A stretch of 64,000 nt of DNA from Candidatus Latescibacterota bacterium (GTDB taxonomy: Bacteria; Latescibacterota; UBA2968; GCA-2709665): the NCBI GenBank assembly GCA_965205485.1, contig OZ242180.1, positions 2,848,001 to 2,912,000 of the forward strand, in the 5' to 3' direction. Below the pieces are notes generated by a model that saw only the letters and a program-made list of their open reading frames with translations, was not told the DNA's origin and did no database searches. Each line of letters opens with the position of its first letter. Positions within the stretch are counted from its first letter, which is position 1. Positions 38,824-47,964 of this stretch are shown one piece after another. Made by a program: the position numbers and the translations under genes.

Positions 38824-39888
38824 GTGGCAAGGGGACGCAGAAAAAGCCCTGAACGGTCAGGTTCGGCGAATGTGTCCGGGGGTGCAGTACGGGCGGCGAT
38901 TTATGGAACCGGTGCGTGGGCGAACCAGACCCACATTCCGAACCTGAAGAAGCTGGGCGTGGACGTCGTGGCAGCCTGCGACGTGGATGCCGAGGCCCTG
39001 CGACGTACGGCGGAGCGTTTTGAGATCCCGGCGGTCTATGCCGATGGTCGCGAAATGGTAGAGAACGAGCGGTTCGATGTGCTCTATTCGATTGTGCCCG
39101 CCTTTGCCCGCACGGACGTCGAAATCAGAGCCGTGGAACGCGGAATTCATCTGTTCAGCGAAAAGCCGCAGGCGCTTCGGATGGCCGTGGCGCTCGAGAT
39201 CGACCGGGCGGTCAGGAACGCGGGCGTGTTGAGCACGGTCTGTTTTCGGGAACGGTACCGACCGCTCTTCGGGGAGGCGCGGCGGATACTTTCCGATAAG
39301 CGGATCGTACACGTCGTGTTTCGATCCGTGGGCGGGCCGCCGCCGCGCAAGGAGGGAGTGGAACAGGCTTCCTGGTGGCGCCAGACACACAAATCGGGCG
39401 GTCCGGCGCTCGACTGGGGCGTGCATGCCGTGGATTACATCCGGTTTGCGACGGGATTGGAAGTCGAAAAAGTCCAGGCGTTCTATTGTGAGCAGTCCGA
39501 GGTCTTCAGCGAACCGCTCTCGTCCTCCTTCCATTTCCTGCTGAACAACGGCGCGACGATGGCGATGACGTTCGTACGTGCGGACCCGTCCGGAACACCG
39601 CAGCCGTGGTTCACGTTTTTCTTCGAAGGCGGACGACTGGAGATCTACAGTTACGACAGGATCGATCTGAACGGAGAGACGGTGTACCGCTGCGGGGAAT
39701 TCGATCCCTGGTTCGAGCAGGATCGGATCTTCGTTGAGGCGGTGCGTTCCGGTGATCGCGAAGGGATCCTGAATGATTATCACGATGGACTGTATTCCCT
39801 GGCGCCGGTTCTCGCTGGTTGGGACTCTGCCCGGCAGGGCGGTCGATGTATTGACCTCAAGGCCTACTTCAGTCAGGAGGGACATTGA
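38824..39888 (+). CDS. Gfo/Idh/MocA family oxidoreductase
   Basis: AIYGTG.WA, HLFSEKP, SGG..LDWGVH..D. Confidence 0.88.
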   Translation: MARGRRKSPERSGSANVSGGAVRAAIYGTGAWANQTHIPNLKKLGVDVVAACDVDAEALRRTAERFEIPAVYADGREMVENERFDVLYSIVPAFARTDVEIRAVERGIHLFSEKPQALRMAVALEIDRAVRNAGVLSTVCFRERYRPLFGEARRILSDKRIVHVVFRSVGGPPPRKEGVEQASWWRQTHKSGGPALDWGVHAVDYIRFATGLEVEKVQAFYCEQSEVFSEPLSSSFHFLLNNGATMAMTFVRADPSGTPQPWFTFFFEGGRLEIYSYDRIDLNGETVYRCGEFDPWFEQDRIFVEAVRSGDREGILNDYHDGLYSLAPVLAGWDSARQGGRCIDLKAYFSQEGH

Positions 39889-40721
39889 TGGAAGATAAGG
39901 GATATGCGAATCCCGATCTGCTGATGACGCCCGCGCAGTTGCATGTTCGCCTCCAGGACGCGTCGATATGCATTGTGGACGTCCGGCCCACGCACGAGTA
40001 CGTTTCCGCGCACATCCCGGGGGCGCTGCACCTGGACCTCTACGGTATCAGCCTCAATAACACCGGACGAGAGGCATTCGATGCGTTTATGTGGACGCTG
40101 GCCTACCTGATGGGAAGCCGGGGGATCAGCTCGGATACGACGGTGGTGTTTTACGAGAACGATTCCGGAATGCGCGCGGCCCGAGGTTTCTGGATCTGTG
40201 AATATCTGGGTCACCGCGACGTGCACGTTCTGGACGGGGGGCTTCATGCCTGGACGGCGGCGGGATTCGAGACCACGGTTGAAGTCCCTGTCCCGGTTCA
40301 GGCCACGTTCGCGATGGCGCCCGACGAGACGCGCCACATCGGATTCGAAGAGATTCGGGATTCGCTGGGGAAAGCCGATTTCGTGCCGCTGGATACAAGG
40401 AGCGACGACGAGTATTACGGTCGGGTGGCGCGTTCGGCCCGTGGCGGCGCCATTCCCGACGCGGTGCATATCGAATTTCTGGAAAATCTGGACGAGTCGG
40501 GTGAATTCAAGCCCGCGACGGAGTTGCGCGAAATGTACGAGCGGGCTGGCGTGACGCAGGAGCAGACGGTGGGGTGTTACTGACAGGGCGGGTACCGTTC
40601 CTCCCATTCGTACCTGGCGTTGCGCCTGCTGGGTTATCGAAACGTGCGCAACTATATCGGGTCGTGGAAGGAGTGGGGCGACCGGCTGGATCTGCCGGTG
40701 GAAGTTCCGGAGGCAAGGTAA
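39888..40721 (+). CDS. Two-domain rhodanese/sulfurtransferase, probable selenoprotein (in-frame TGA at 40581-40583)
   Basis: AGGAGG RBS; HIPGA, VLDGG, D.RS..EY.G, AIP.A; then [39 protein letters not shown]...EAR-TAA (40719-40721). Confidence 0.85.
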
Positions 40722-40790
40722 TCGGATCGGGGCAGATTGACGAGTCCTGAGACGTCGCCCGGGGTGTGGCGACGGGGGGACGGGATGACT

Positions 40791-41264
40791 TCAGACCCCT
40801 CCCATTTCACAGACGACTTCAAAGTCTGGTTTCATGACGGGCTGGACGGATAGACGCTGGCCCCGCCGGACAACCAGCATTTCACCCAGTTCAGGATTGG
40901 CCTTGAGGTCTTTAAGACGAACATACGTCTTGAAGGCCTTTTTCCATTTGACGTCGACGGAGTACCAACGGGGATCGTCCGGCGAGGATTTGGCATCGTA
41001 GTAGTTGCTCTCCGGGTCGAAGGCCGACGGGTCGGGGTAGGCCGCCCGCACGATTTCCGCCAACCCCGCAATGCCGGGTTCGTCACAATTTGACTGATAG
41101 AAGAGGACGATGTCGCCCGTTTGCATATCGTCCCGGATGAAGTTTCGGGCCTGGTAGTTGCGAACGCCGCGCCACTTTCCGGTGCTGTTCGGCCGTTTGT
41201 TCTTCAGGTCGTCGAAGCTGCATTCGCTGAATTCGCACTTCATCAGCCAGTATCTTGTCGGCAT
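40791..41264 (-). CDS. EVE domain protein
   Basis: YWLMK, W.GVRNYQARNF, AYPDP, PRW..VDV, RLSVQPV. Confidence 0.92.
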   Translation of the reverse strand: MPTRYWLMKCEFSECSFDDLKNKRPNSTGKWRGVRNYQARNFIRDDMQTGDIVLFYQSNCDEPGIAGLAEIVRAAYPDPSAFDPESNYYDAKSSPDDPRWYSVDVKWKKAFKTYVRLKDLKANPELGEMLVVRRGQRLSVQPVMKPDFEVVCEMGGV

Positions 41265-41314
41265 AATCTCCTCGTATACAATTGGGGCGCGGCGCAATCC
41301 GCGCGTTTTTTCGT

Positions 41315-42352
41315 TCAGGAGTCTTTCGCGATTTCCCTGAGCATTTTCGGCCAGGCATCCTCGGCATAGAACCGGTGGCCGCCGTCGCCGACAACAAGGT
41401 GGCAGCGGCGAGACGCGCCGGCGGCGGCATAGATTTCCTTGAGATGGCGAAAGGCCTTTCGTACGCCGGCGATGGGAAAGATACCGTCGTCCTTCCCAGC
41501 GACGAGTACGACCGGCCTGGGAGCGAAGAGCCCCATCACATCCGGCATTTCGGCGTATTTGAGCAGACCGGGCACGTAGTTGTCCGCACAGTGGTAGATT
41601 GACATGACGGAATGGCGGAACGTGCAGAAGTAGCAGGAAGGCATCGCGTAGGAAATTCTAGGCAAAAGCGCCGAGGCAAAGAGACTTACGGTCCCGCCGC
41701 CTGAGTTTCCCATGACACCGATGCGCCCGGGATGGGCATCGCCGCGTGAAAGCAGGTAGTCGATTCCCCTGTCCACGTCGTAGACGCGTTCGCCCAGCAG
41801 GGTTCTGCCAAGCATCAGGGCGTGCATGGTGGCGTCGTGACAGCCATGAGAGGATATCTTCTGCTGGACCCGCTCCCGCCGTTCGCCGAAAGAACGCTGT
41901 TCGATGCACAGGGCGGCGATGCCGCGCTTCATGCACCCGAGTCCGAAGTCCCTGTCTCCGGGAACGTCGATTGGCGCGGCATTGTTCTCCCTGTCCACCG
42001 CAATGGAGTTGTGCATTCCCGTCGAGTGTCCCTGAAGACAGATGAAAAAAGTGTAGGGCGGCTGGGCGCCCACCGGCAGGCACACGTACGCAGGAACGTC
42101 GGCGTACGGCTCGGCGGCGTACACGATCTTCTCGATACTCCCGAGCGGGTGGTCCATCTTCCATAGCGTGCGGACATCCAGGGAGACACGTTCTTCGGGC
42201 ATATCCCCTATAAGCTGACGGACCTTTCGGCGAAGTTTCCGCTGCCACGGATTGAGGTCGTCGCCGCCATACGACAGCGAAGGCTCGAGTGTGTCCATCA
42301 GGTGCCGGTGATGCACCGACGGGGAGAAGCTGAAGTCCGTCTCGGTTGCCAT
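41315..42352 (-). CDS. Alpha/beta hydrolase (acetylxylan esterase/dienelactone hydrolase-like)
   Basis: GNSGGG nucleophile elbow, GERVYD, HCADNYVPG, GGHRF. Confidence 0.82.
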   Translation of the reverse strand: MATETDFSFSPSVHHRHLMDTLEPSLSYGGDDLNPWQRKLRRKVRQLIGDMPEERVSLDVRTLWKMDHPLGSIEKIVYAAEPYADVPAYVCLPVGAQPPYTFFICLQGHSTGMHNSIAVDRENNAAPIDVPGDRDFGLGCMKRGIAALCIEQRSFGERRERVQQKISSHGCHDATMHALMLGRTLLGERVYDVDRGIDYLLSRGDAHPGRIGVMGNSGGGTVSLFASALLPRISYAMPSCYFCTFRHSVMSIYHCADNYVPGLLKYAEMPDVMGLFAPRPVVLVAGKDDGIFPIAGVRKAFRHLKEIYAAAGASRRCHLVVGDGGHRFYAEDAWPKMLREIAKDS

Positions 42353-42414
42353 GCGGTCGTCTCGTATCCCTTAAAACAGATCCTCAAGTGCTGTTCAGAC
42401 GCGGGGTTTCGGGG

Positions 42415-43884
42415 CTAGCCGCCTTCCGGTGCTTTCGCCCGTTGTTTCCATTCCTCGTAGTTGGGCGAAAGTGCCAGCGCGCCGTCAGGCTGAGGCACGA
42501 GTTTGCCGTTTCGGCCCCTCGGATCGCCGCGTTTTTCATTGATCCCGGCCAAACGTCTCCGCCAGACCTCGATTCGTGGTTGATGAACGGAATCCGCCGC
42601 AAGGTCGTTGCATTCCAGAGGATCGGCTTCCAGGTCGAAGAATTGTTCGGCGCCCGTATGGTGAAACCAGATGTATTTTTCGCGTCCGTCGGTAACGTAC
42701 TGCATCCCGTGTTCTTTGTCGTAACAGGTAGTGTGTTCGCCCTGTACGAACGCTCGCCAGCCGTCGTCTGCGCCCCTGGACAATTCCAGCAGGCTGAGGC
42801 CGTCTACGGATTCGGGGACGGGAACACCCGCGGCTTCGAGAAACGTGGGCATGACGTCACGCAACTCGACCGGCTGAGTCAGCGTCCGGTTACGGGGAAT
42901 CTCCCACGCTTCCGGGTATTTGAGGATGAAGGGGATTCGGGCGGAACCTTCATACGCGTACGTCTTTCGCCAGTGGTGATGGTCGCCCATCATGTCGCCG
43001 TGGTCCGAGGTGAAAAGAATGAGGGTGTTGGCCGACGCCACCGGGTCGCGCCGGCGCAATTCGTGGAGGACGCGGCCGATCTGGTGGTCGATGAACGTGA
43101 TGTTGCCGTAATACGCGGCGCGCGCGCGATGGGTTTCGGTGTCGGAGCGACGGGAGCGCGGGGCGTTCACGTCGGCGACTCGACGGTCGTACCGAGCGGA
43201 CCACGCTCCCATGGCCGCTTTGGGCACGCGTGGATTGTCGATGTACATATCGTAGTAGGTCTGCGGCGCGTCGTACGGAGAATGGGGGCGGGCGAAAGAC
43301 AACCAGAGGAAGAAAGGTTTGGTTGGGTCCCGATTCTCAAGGAACCGGATGCCCTCCGATGCCGTCCAGTGCGTGGGGTGAAGGTGTTCCGGAAGATGGG
43401 TCGGGCGGGCCATCCAGGAGTTCCAGTCGACGCTGTGGTCGCGGTAGCCGTATTCGCCGTCTTTGTGTTTGTCGAAGAAAATGTGGTAGTCGCTGATGAA
43501 GTTGCCCAATCGCCGTCCGCTCTCGTCCAGGACCATATGGTGAAAGCCGTGGAGTCTGCGCTGGGGGTGGAAGTGCATCTTGCCCACGGCCTGGGTGTGA
43601 TAGCCCGCACTGGCAAGTTCGCCGGGCAACGTTGCCGGATACTCGAGCGGGTCCGCGCCGGTCATCGCGAGACGGCCGTGGTTCCACTGGTCCATTCCCG
43701 TCAGGATGCCCGCGCGGGCCGGGGTGCAGGAAGGGACGGAGGTATAGGCGTGGTTGAAACGCGCGCCGCCCTCCGCCAGTTCATCCAGATAGGGAGTTTC
43801 GAGTACCGGGTGGCCGTCGCAGCCGAGGCAGTCGCCGCGCTGCTGGTCGGTCGTGATAAGCAGCAGGTTAGGTCTGGAAGGCAT
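42415..43884 (-). CDS. Arylsulfatase (formylglycine-dependent)
   Basis: PNLLLITTDQQR, CTPARAGILTG, GKMH, SDHGDMMGDH. Confidence 0.92.
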   Translation of the reverse strand: MPSRPNLLLITTDQQRGDCLGCDGHPVLETPYLDELAEGGARFNHAYTSVPSCTPARAGILTGMDQWNHGRLAMTGADPLEYPATLPGELASAGYHTQAVGKMHFHPQRRLHGFHHMVLDESGRRLGNFISDYHIFFDKHKDGEYGYRDHSVDWNSWMARPTHLPEHLHPTHWTASEGIRFLENRDPTKPFFLWLSFARPHSPYDAPQTYYDMYIDNPRVPKAAMGAWSARYDRRVADVNAPRSRRSDTETHRARAAYYGNITFIDHQIGRVLHELRRRDPVASANTLILFTSDHGDMMGDHHHWRKTYAYEGSARIPFILKYPEAWEIPRNRTLTQPVELRDVMPTFLEAAGVPVPESVDGLSLLELSRGADDGWRAFVQGEHTTCYDKEHGMQYVTDGREKYIWFHHTGAEQFFDLEADPLECNDLAADSVHQPRIEVWRRRLAGINEKRGDPRGRNGKLVPQPDGALALSPNYEEWKQRAKAPEGG

Positions 43885-43917
43885 ACGCACGCGGTTAGAA
43901 AGACGGGAAATCCAGGG

Positions 43918-44646
43918 TCAACTTTCGTTCAGATAAGTCGTCGAATATTGCCGTTCAACGCGACCACTGGCCAGCATGGATCCGATGACGATCAGCCAGA
44001 TCAGGAAGGCTGTACCGATCACAGAGTGGAGGTTCGTTCCCGCGTCGATCCAGATGAGCTGCATCGCGACGCCCAATACTGCCGATATCGGAGCAATCTT
44101 GCGCAGCGTACCGCCCACTTTCCACTGATACACGGAAGCCACCGCCAGCGCGACTCCGGCTGCCGAGAAACCCGCTGCGCCTGTCAGCCATCGAAGGCCG
44201 GACATCGACTCCAGCACGGACATGTCGGGAGCAGGTGAGGCGCCGGCGCCTGAAACGGTCTCGAGTGTGGGATGGATGGCGATCAGGACTGTGATCCCTC
44301 CCGAAAACGTGGTCAACGCACCCGACAACACGAACAGGCAGGGGACGGCAGACGTCGCCCATCCCCCTCGAATGATCCAGGTCCGCAACAGGAGCAAGCC
44401 CGCCCCCAGGAGCGCAATGCCGGACAACAGCCGGGCAACTCCTGAAAGGATGTACATGACCGGGCGCCGCAAAATGGCCGCCAGCGATTCGAGCAGCGTT
44501 GCCTGGTCGGCGTCGGCGGCAACCCGCGTGTAGACGAGCGCAACCGTAAAGATCACGGTGAGCAGCAAGAGGAATCCCGCCTTCCGAGCCGCGTGGTCCG
44601 GTGACTCGCTCCGTAAGGATGGCGTCGATTTGACAGAATCCGACAT
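43918..44646 (-). CDS. Multi-pass membrane protein (DUF4386-like)
   Basis: About six hydrophobic helices; family assignment tentative. Confidence 0.55.
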   Translation of the reverse strand: MSDSVKSTPSLRSESPDHAARKAGFLLLLTVIFTVALVYTRVAADADQATLLESLAAILRRPVMYILSGVARLLSGIALLGAGLLLLRTWIIRGGWATSAVPCLFVLSGALTTFSGGITVLIAIHPTLETVSGAGASPAPDMSVLESMSGLRWLTGAAGFSAAGVALAVASVYQWKVGGTLRKIAPISAVLGVAMQLIWIDAGTNLHSVIGTAFLIWLIVIGSMLASGRVERQYSTTYLNES

Positions 44647-44745
44647 GTCTGGCAGCCTCTTGGTGGCGGCGTTAGGAAATGGAATGGGCACGAGGGAACG
44701 ATCCCGACATATCGCGATTCTTGCCACTTGCGTCCAACGGATCTC

Positions 44746-45828
44746 CTACCCCCAAACTTCCTTGAGGAATCGGACCCAGTTGCCGGAGAGGATGTTGCGA
44801 ACGTCAGGTTCGTCGTAACCGCGGCGCTGGAGGATGCCGACCAGGTTCTGAAGATCGGCAATGGTGTTGAGGTCGCGCGGGGACTGTTCCTGTCCGAAGC
44901 CGCCGTCCAGGTCCGTTCCAATGCCGGCATGCCGCGAATTGCCGGCGAGTTGGCAGACGTGATCGATGTGATTGGCTACGGTCTCGAGGGTGGCATTCGT
45001 GCTCTGGGCCCAGCAGGGAATCTCACGATTCCAGTCCGGATCCAGCATCCAGGCATCGAATGCGGCGCCGATCACGCCGCCCCGTTCAACGATGGCCGCG
45101 ATCATCTCGTCGGTAAGCTGGCGCTGGCCGGGGGTGAGTGCCCGGCAGTTGTGGTGGGAGGCGGCCACCGGTCCGTCGTAGACGTCGAGGATTTCCCAGA
45201 AGGCCTGGTCTGTGGTGTGGGTGAGGTCGACGACAATCCCCGCTTCCTTCAATGCATCGAGCAGGGGTTTGCCGCGTTCAAGGAGGCCGCCCTCGGTGCC
45301 CGTTCCGTGGCAATATGAGCTGACGCCATAGTGGGAAATACTCACCATGCGGAGGCCCAGATCGTACCATTCGGGAACCTGCGTCGGGTCCAGGATCGGG
45401 TCGGCGCTTTCCATGGCCACCACGAGACCGATGGGCGTATCCGGCGCGGGGTTTTTCCAGGCGGCCACTGTTTCGTCCAGGTCCCGTGAATTGCGGACGA
45501 TACGTACGACGCCTTCGCGTTCCATCGCCTGATAATAGGCGAGGTGGCCTCTGCCCACGCCGTGACACTGGTCCTGGCAATACATCCCGGTGCGGGTCCA
45601 ACGGTCGTTGGGGTCGGTTCGGGACATCATCGTGCCGAATATGATGCCCACGTTACCCCGGCGGAGTTCTGGAAAGGTCACGGTACAGCTGCCGAAACTG
45701 CGCATGACGGGTTCGGCGTCGTGGACGCGGACGGTCGCGGCCGGCTGCGTGAGGTCCCGGTTGACCTGAATGGCGCTGAAACCGAGGTCAAGGTGGCTGT
45801 CTGCGATAAGGTACGGGCGGTCCGGCAT
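44746..45828 (-). CDS. Membrane dipeptidase (peptidase M19) family
   Basis: DSHLDL, MESADP, DLTH, ASHHNCR, GTDLDGGFG. Confidence 0.9.
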   Translation of the reverse strand: MPDRPYLIADSHLDLGFSAIQVNRDLTQPAATVRVHDAEPVMRSFGSCTVTFPELRRGNVGIIFGTMMSRTDPNDRWTRTGMYCQDQCHGVGRGHLAYYQAMEREGVVRIVRNSRDLDETVAAWKNPAPDTPIGLVVAMESADPILDPTQVPEWYDLGLRMVSISHYGVSSYCHGTGTEGGLLERGKPLLDALKEAGIVVDLTHTTDQAFWEILDVYDGPVAASHHNCRALTPGQRQLTDEMIAAIVERGGVIGAAFDAWMLDPDWNREIPCWAQSTNATLETVANHIDHVCQLAGNSRHAGIGTDLDGGFGQEQSPRDLNTIADLQNLVGILQRRGYDEPDVRNILSGNWVRFLKEVWG

Positions 45829-45894
45829 TCGAATTCCTTGATGTAGACGGCGAAGAGGGCTGCAAGAGACGGTCCGGCGGCAAAACGGCCGGCG

Positions 45895-47028
45895 TCAGTT
45901 CCACGACTCTTTGAAAAACCGGATCAGATTCCCATGACAGATGTTGTCGATGTCTTCAGAATTGTATCCGTGTGCTTCCAGGATGTCGGGAAACCGCTGG
46001 AGGTCAACGATGGTATTGTAGTCCGTGGGCGAGAGTTCCAGGCCGAATCCACCGTCAAGGTCCGTCCCAATGGCCACGTGGCGGCTGTTGCCGGTGAGTT
46101 GGCAGATGTGGTCGACGTGTTCGACCACCGCCTTCATCGGCCGTGTGGCAGTGGTGTAATGCGTTGAAGGATCGTCCCAGTCCCAGGATGGGCTGAGCAT
46201 CTGTTCTGCGAAGACCATTCCGATGACGCCGCCGCGATCCACAATAGCCCGAATCATCTCGTCGCTCAGGTGCCTCTGGCCGCGCAGGAGCGCACGGCAG
46301 TTGCAGTGGCTGGCGTGGACCGGTCCGTCCCAGTAATCCAGGATCTGCCAGAACGTCAGGTCCGAGGCGTGGGTGAGGTCGATGACCATGCCCGCGTCTT
46401 TAAAGGCGTCCATCAGGGGGTACGCCGGCGGGTAGAGTCCGCCCACCGTGCCGGTGCCGTGGCCGTACGTGTTTGCGCCGAAGTGGGTGAGAGATACCGA
46501 TCGCAGGCCGGCGTCCCACCAGTCTCCCACCTGGTCGGGCCCCAGGATAGGGTCGGCGCTTTCGGCGGTCAGAATCAGGCCGATCGGCGTTGTGTCCGTC
46601 GGGTTGTGCCAGGTTGCCACGCATGCGTCCAGGTCGGCGGAATCCCTGATGAAGGTGATTTCGCCCCGTCGGGCGAGCGCGTTGTAGTAGTGGAGGTGGC
46701 TCTGGCCCCTCGCGTATGCGACCGACTGGGCGCGGACGGAGTTGTGGGAGTCGATGGACGGGGCCTGAACGCGCGCCATGATGGTGGAGAGCATGATGCC
46801 GACGTGGCCCTCTCGCATCTCTGGCAGGGTTACGGTCACCGTGTAGCGCTTGTCCTCCAGGCCAGCACGTCGTTCCAGCGAGTCCTTATGGGTCGACAGG
46901 CCGGCGCGAACGACGTCTTCACGTTCGCGCAGCACATGCACCGGTTGCGTGAGGTCGCGCCTGTAGAACAGAGCGTTGAAGGCCATATCCAGATGGCCGT
47001 CGATGATGAGTACCGGTTTGTCGGGCAT
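45895..47028 (-). CDS. Membrane dipeptidase (peptidase M19) family, paralog
   Basis: DGHLDM, AESADP, DLTH, ASHCNCR, GTDLDGGFG. Confidence 0.9.
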   Translation of the reverse strand: MPDKPVLIIDGHLDMAFNALFYRRDLTQPVHVLREREDVVRAGLSTHKDSLERRAGLEDKRYTVTVTLPEMREGHVGIMLSTIMARVQAPSIDSHNSVRAQSVAYARGQSHLHYYNALARRGEITFIRDSADLDACVATWHNPTDTTPIGLILTAESADPILGPDQVGDWWDAGLRSVSLTHFGANTYGHGTGTVGGLYPPAYPLMDAFKDAGMVIDLTHASDLTFWQILDYWDGPVHASHCNCRALLRGQRHLSDEMIRAIVDRGGVIGMVFAEQMLSPSWDWDDPSTHYTTATRPMKAVVEHVDHICQLTGNSRHVAIGTDLDGGFGLELSPTDYNTIVDLQRFPDILEAHGYNSEDIDNICHGNLIRFFKESWN

Positions 47029-47232
47029 AGGGATAGTAACTCTCGAAATCGGTTTGCAAGACGACTCGGTTACAACCGCACGCCAAATTACCTTGCGCCG
47101 TCAGTCCGGGCAAGTGAAATCCATGGACCCCGGCCGACGCCGCAGCCTGTGTGCCCGATTCACCTTTTTTCTTGCTCGCCGCAATGGTTTTGTGGATATT
47201 CCGAAGACACGAATTATCCTGGCACGACATAT

Positions 47233-47309
47233 CGGGGAGTGGCTCAGTCCGGCAGAGCACCTGCTTTGGGAGCAGGGGGTCGCGGGTTCGAATCCCGCCT
47301 CCCCGACCA
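47233..47309 (+). tRNA. tRNA-Pro (anticodon TGG)
   Basis: CGGGGAG/CTCCCCG acceptor stem, CCTGC-TTTGGGA-GCAGG anticodon arm, GGTTCGAATCC T-arm, 3' CCA. Confidence 0.97.
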
Positions 47310-47317
47310 CCAAAAAC

Positions 47318-47349
47318 AAAGGTTTACGTCAAATTGGCGTAAACCTTTT
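47318..47349 (+). terminator. Hairpin/terminator after tRNA-Pro
   Basis: AAAGGTTTACG...CGTAAACCTTTT. Confidence 0.65.
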
Positions 47350-47366
47350 CTACAATGAGTCGTACC

Positions 47367-47728
47367 CACACCTGTCCAAAATCGTCTTTTCCAACCGCTA
47401 TAACGACACGGTCCACCTGCAACCGGAGCGAGGGCATCCTGCCCTCGAACTTCGCGTCACCGACCCCATTCGCGTCGAGAGACTGACAGGGCCATTCAAT
47501 CCGACTCCGGTTCTCGGAAAACACCGTGTGCGACGAGTTATCCGATCTCGAGGGCAGGATGCCCTCGCTCCCGGGAAAGCCAACCACCCCGGTCCCATAT
47601 CGGTTTCTGTCTTGGACAGTCGTGGTCAAAAGATAGGGACCTGCGTTAGTACTTCGCAACGACTTTCAAGAAAACCTGGCACTTACGCATCCAAGATCGT
47701 CTTTTTCAAACTATCTTGGACAGCAGTG
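47367..47728. mobile_element. 362-bp non-coding element with imperfect terminal inverted repeats and 9-bp flanking direct repeats
   Basis: CACACCTGTCCAAAAT / ATCTTGGACAGCAGTG (13/16); AGTCGTACC at 47358-47366 and 47729-47737. Confidence 0.6.
47425..47571. repeat. REPIN-like doublet: two inverted REP palindromes
   Basis: GGAGCGAGGGCATCCTGCCCTCGA (47425-47448) and its exact reverse complement (47548-47571). Confidence 0.8.
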
Positions 47729-47843
47729 AGTCGTACCGTATTCTGGCATGACTCTTTTTCGCCATTCTTATGACTTGACATGATCGACGAACGATACTTA
47801 CTTCCTTTGAGCCACTGAACGTGCGAATGTGCCTAGGTGGTGA

Positions 47844-47875
47844 GAGTCGCCCCCGGGTCAAACCGGGGGCGATTC
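47844..47875. terminator. Strong GC hairpin, possible terminator
   Basis: GAGTCGCCCCCGG-GTCAAA-CCGGGGGCGATTC. Confidence 0.5.
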
Positions 47876-47964
47876 CTATTTGGGATAGCACACAACTCCG
47901 AATTGATCGAAGCCCGCCCGGTGCTACGACCGAGAAACTTCCAACGGGAGTCCCCTCTCCCGAA

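Noticed and set aside
42346..44238. 630-aa plus-strand ORF
   Set aside because: Antisense to the arylsulfatase; no motifs.
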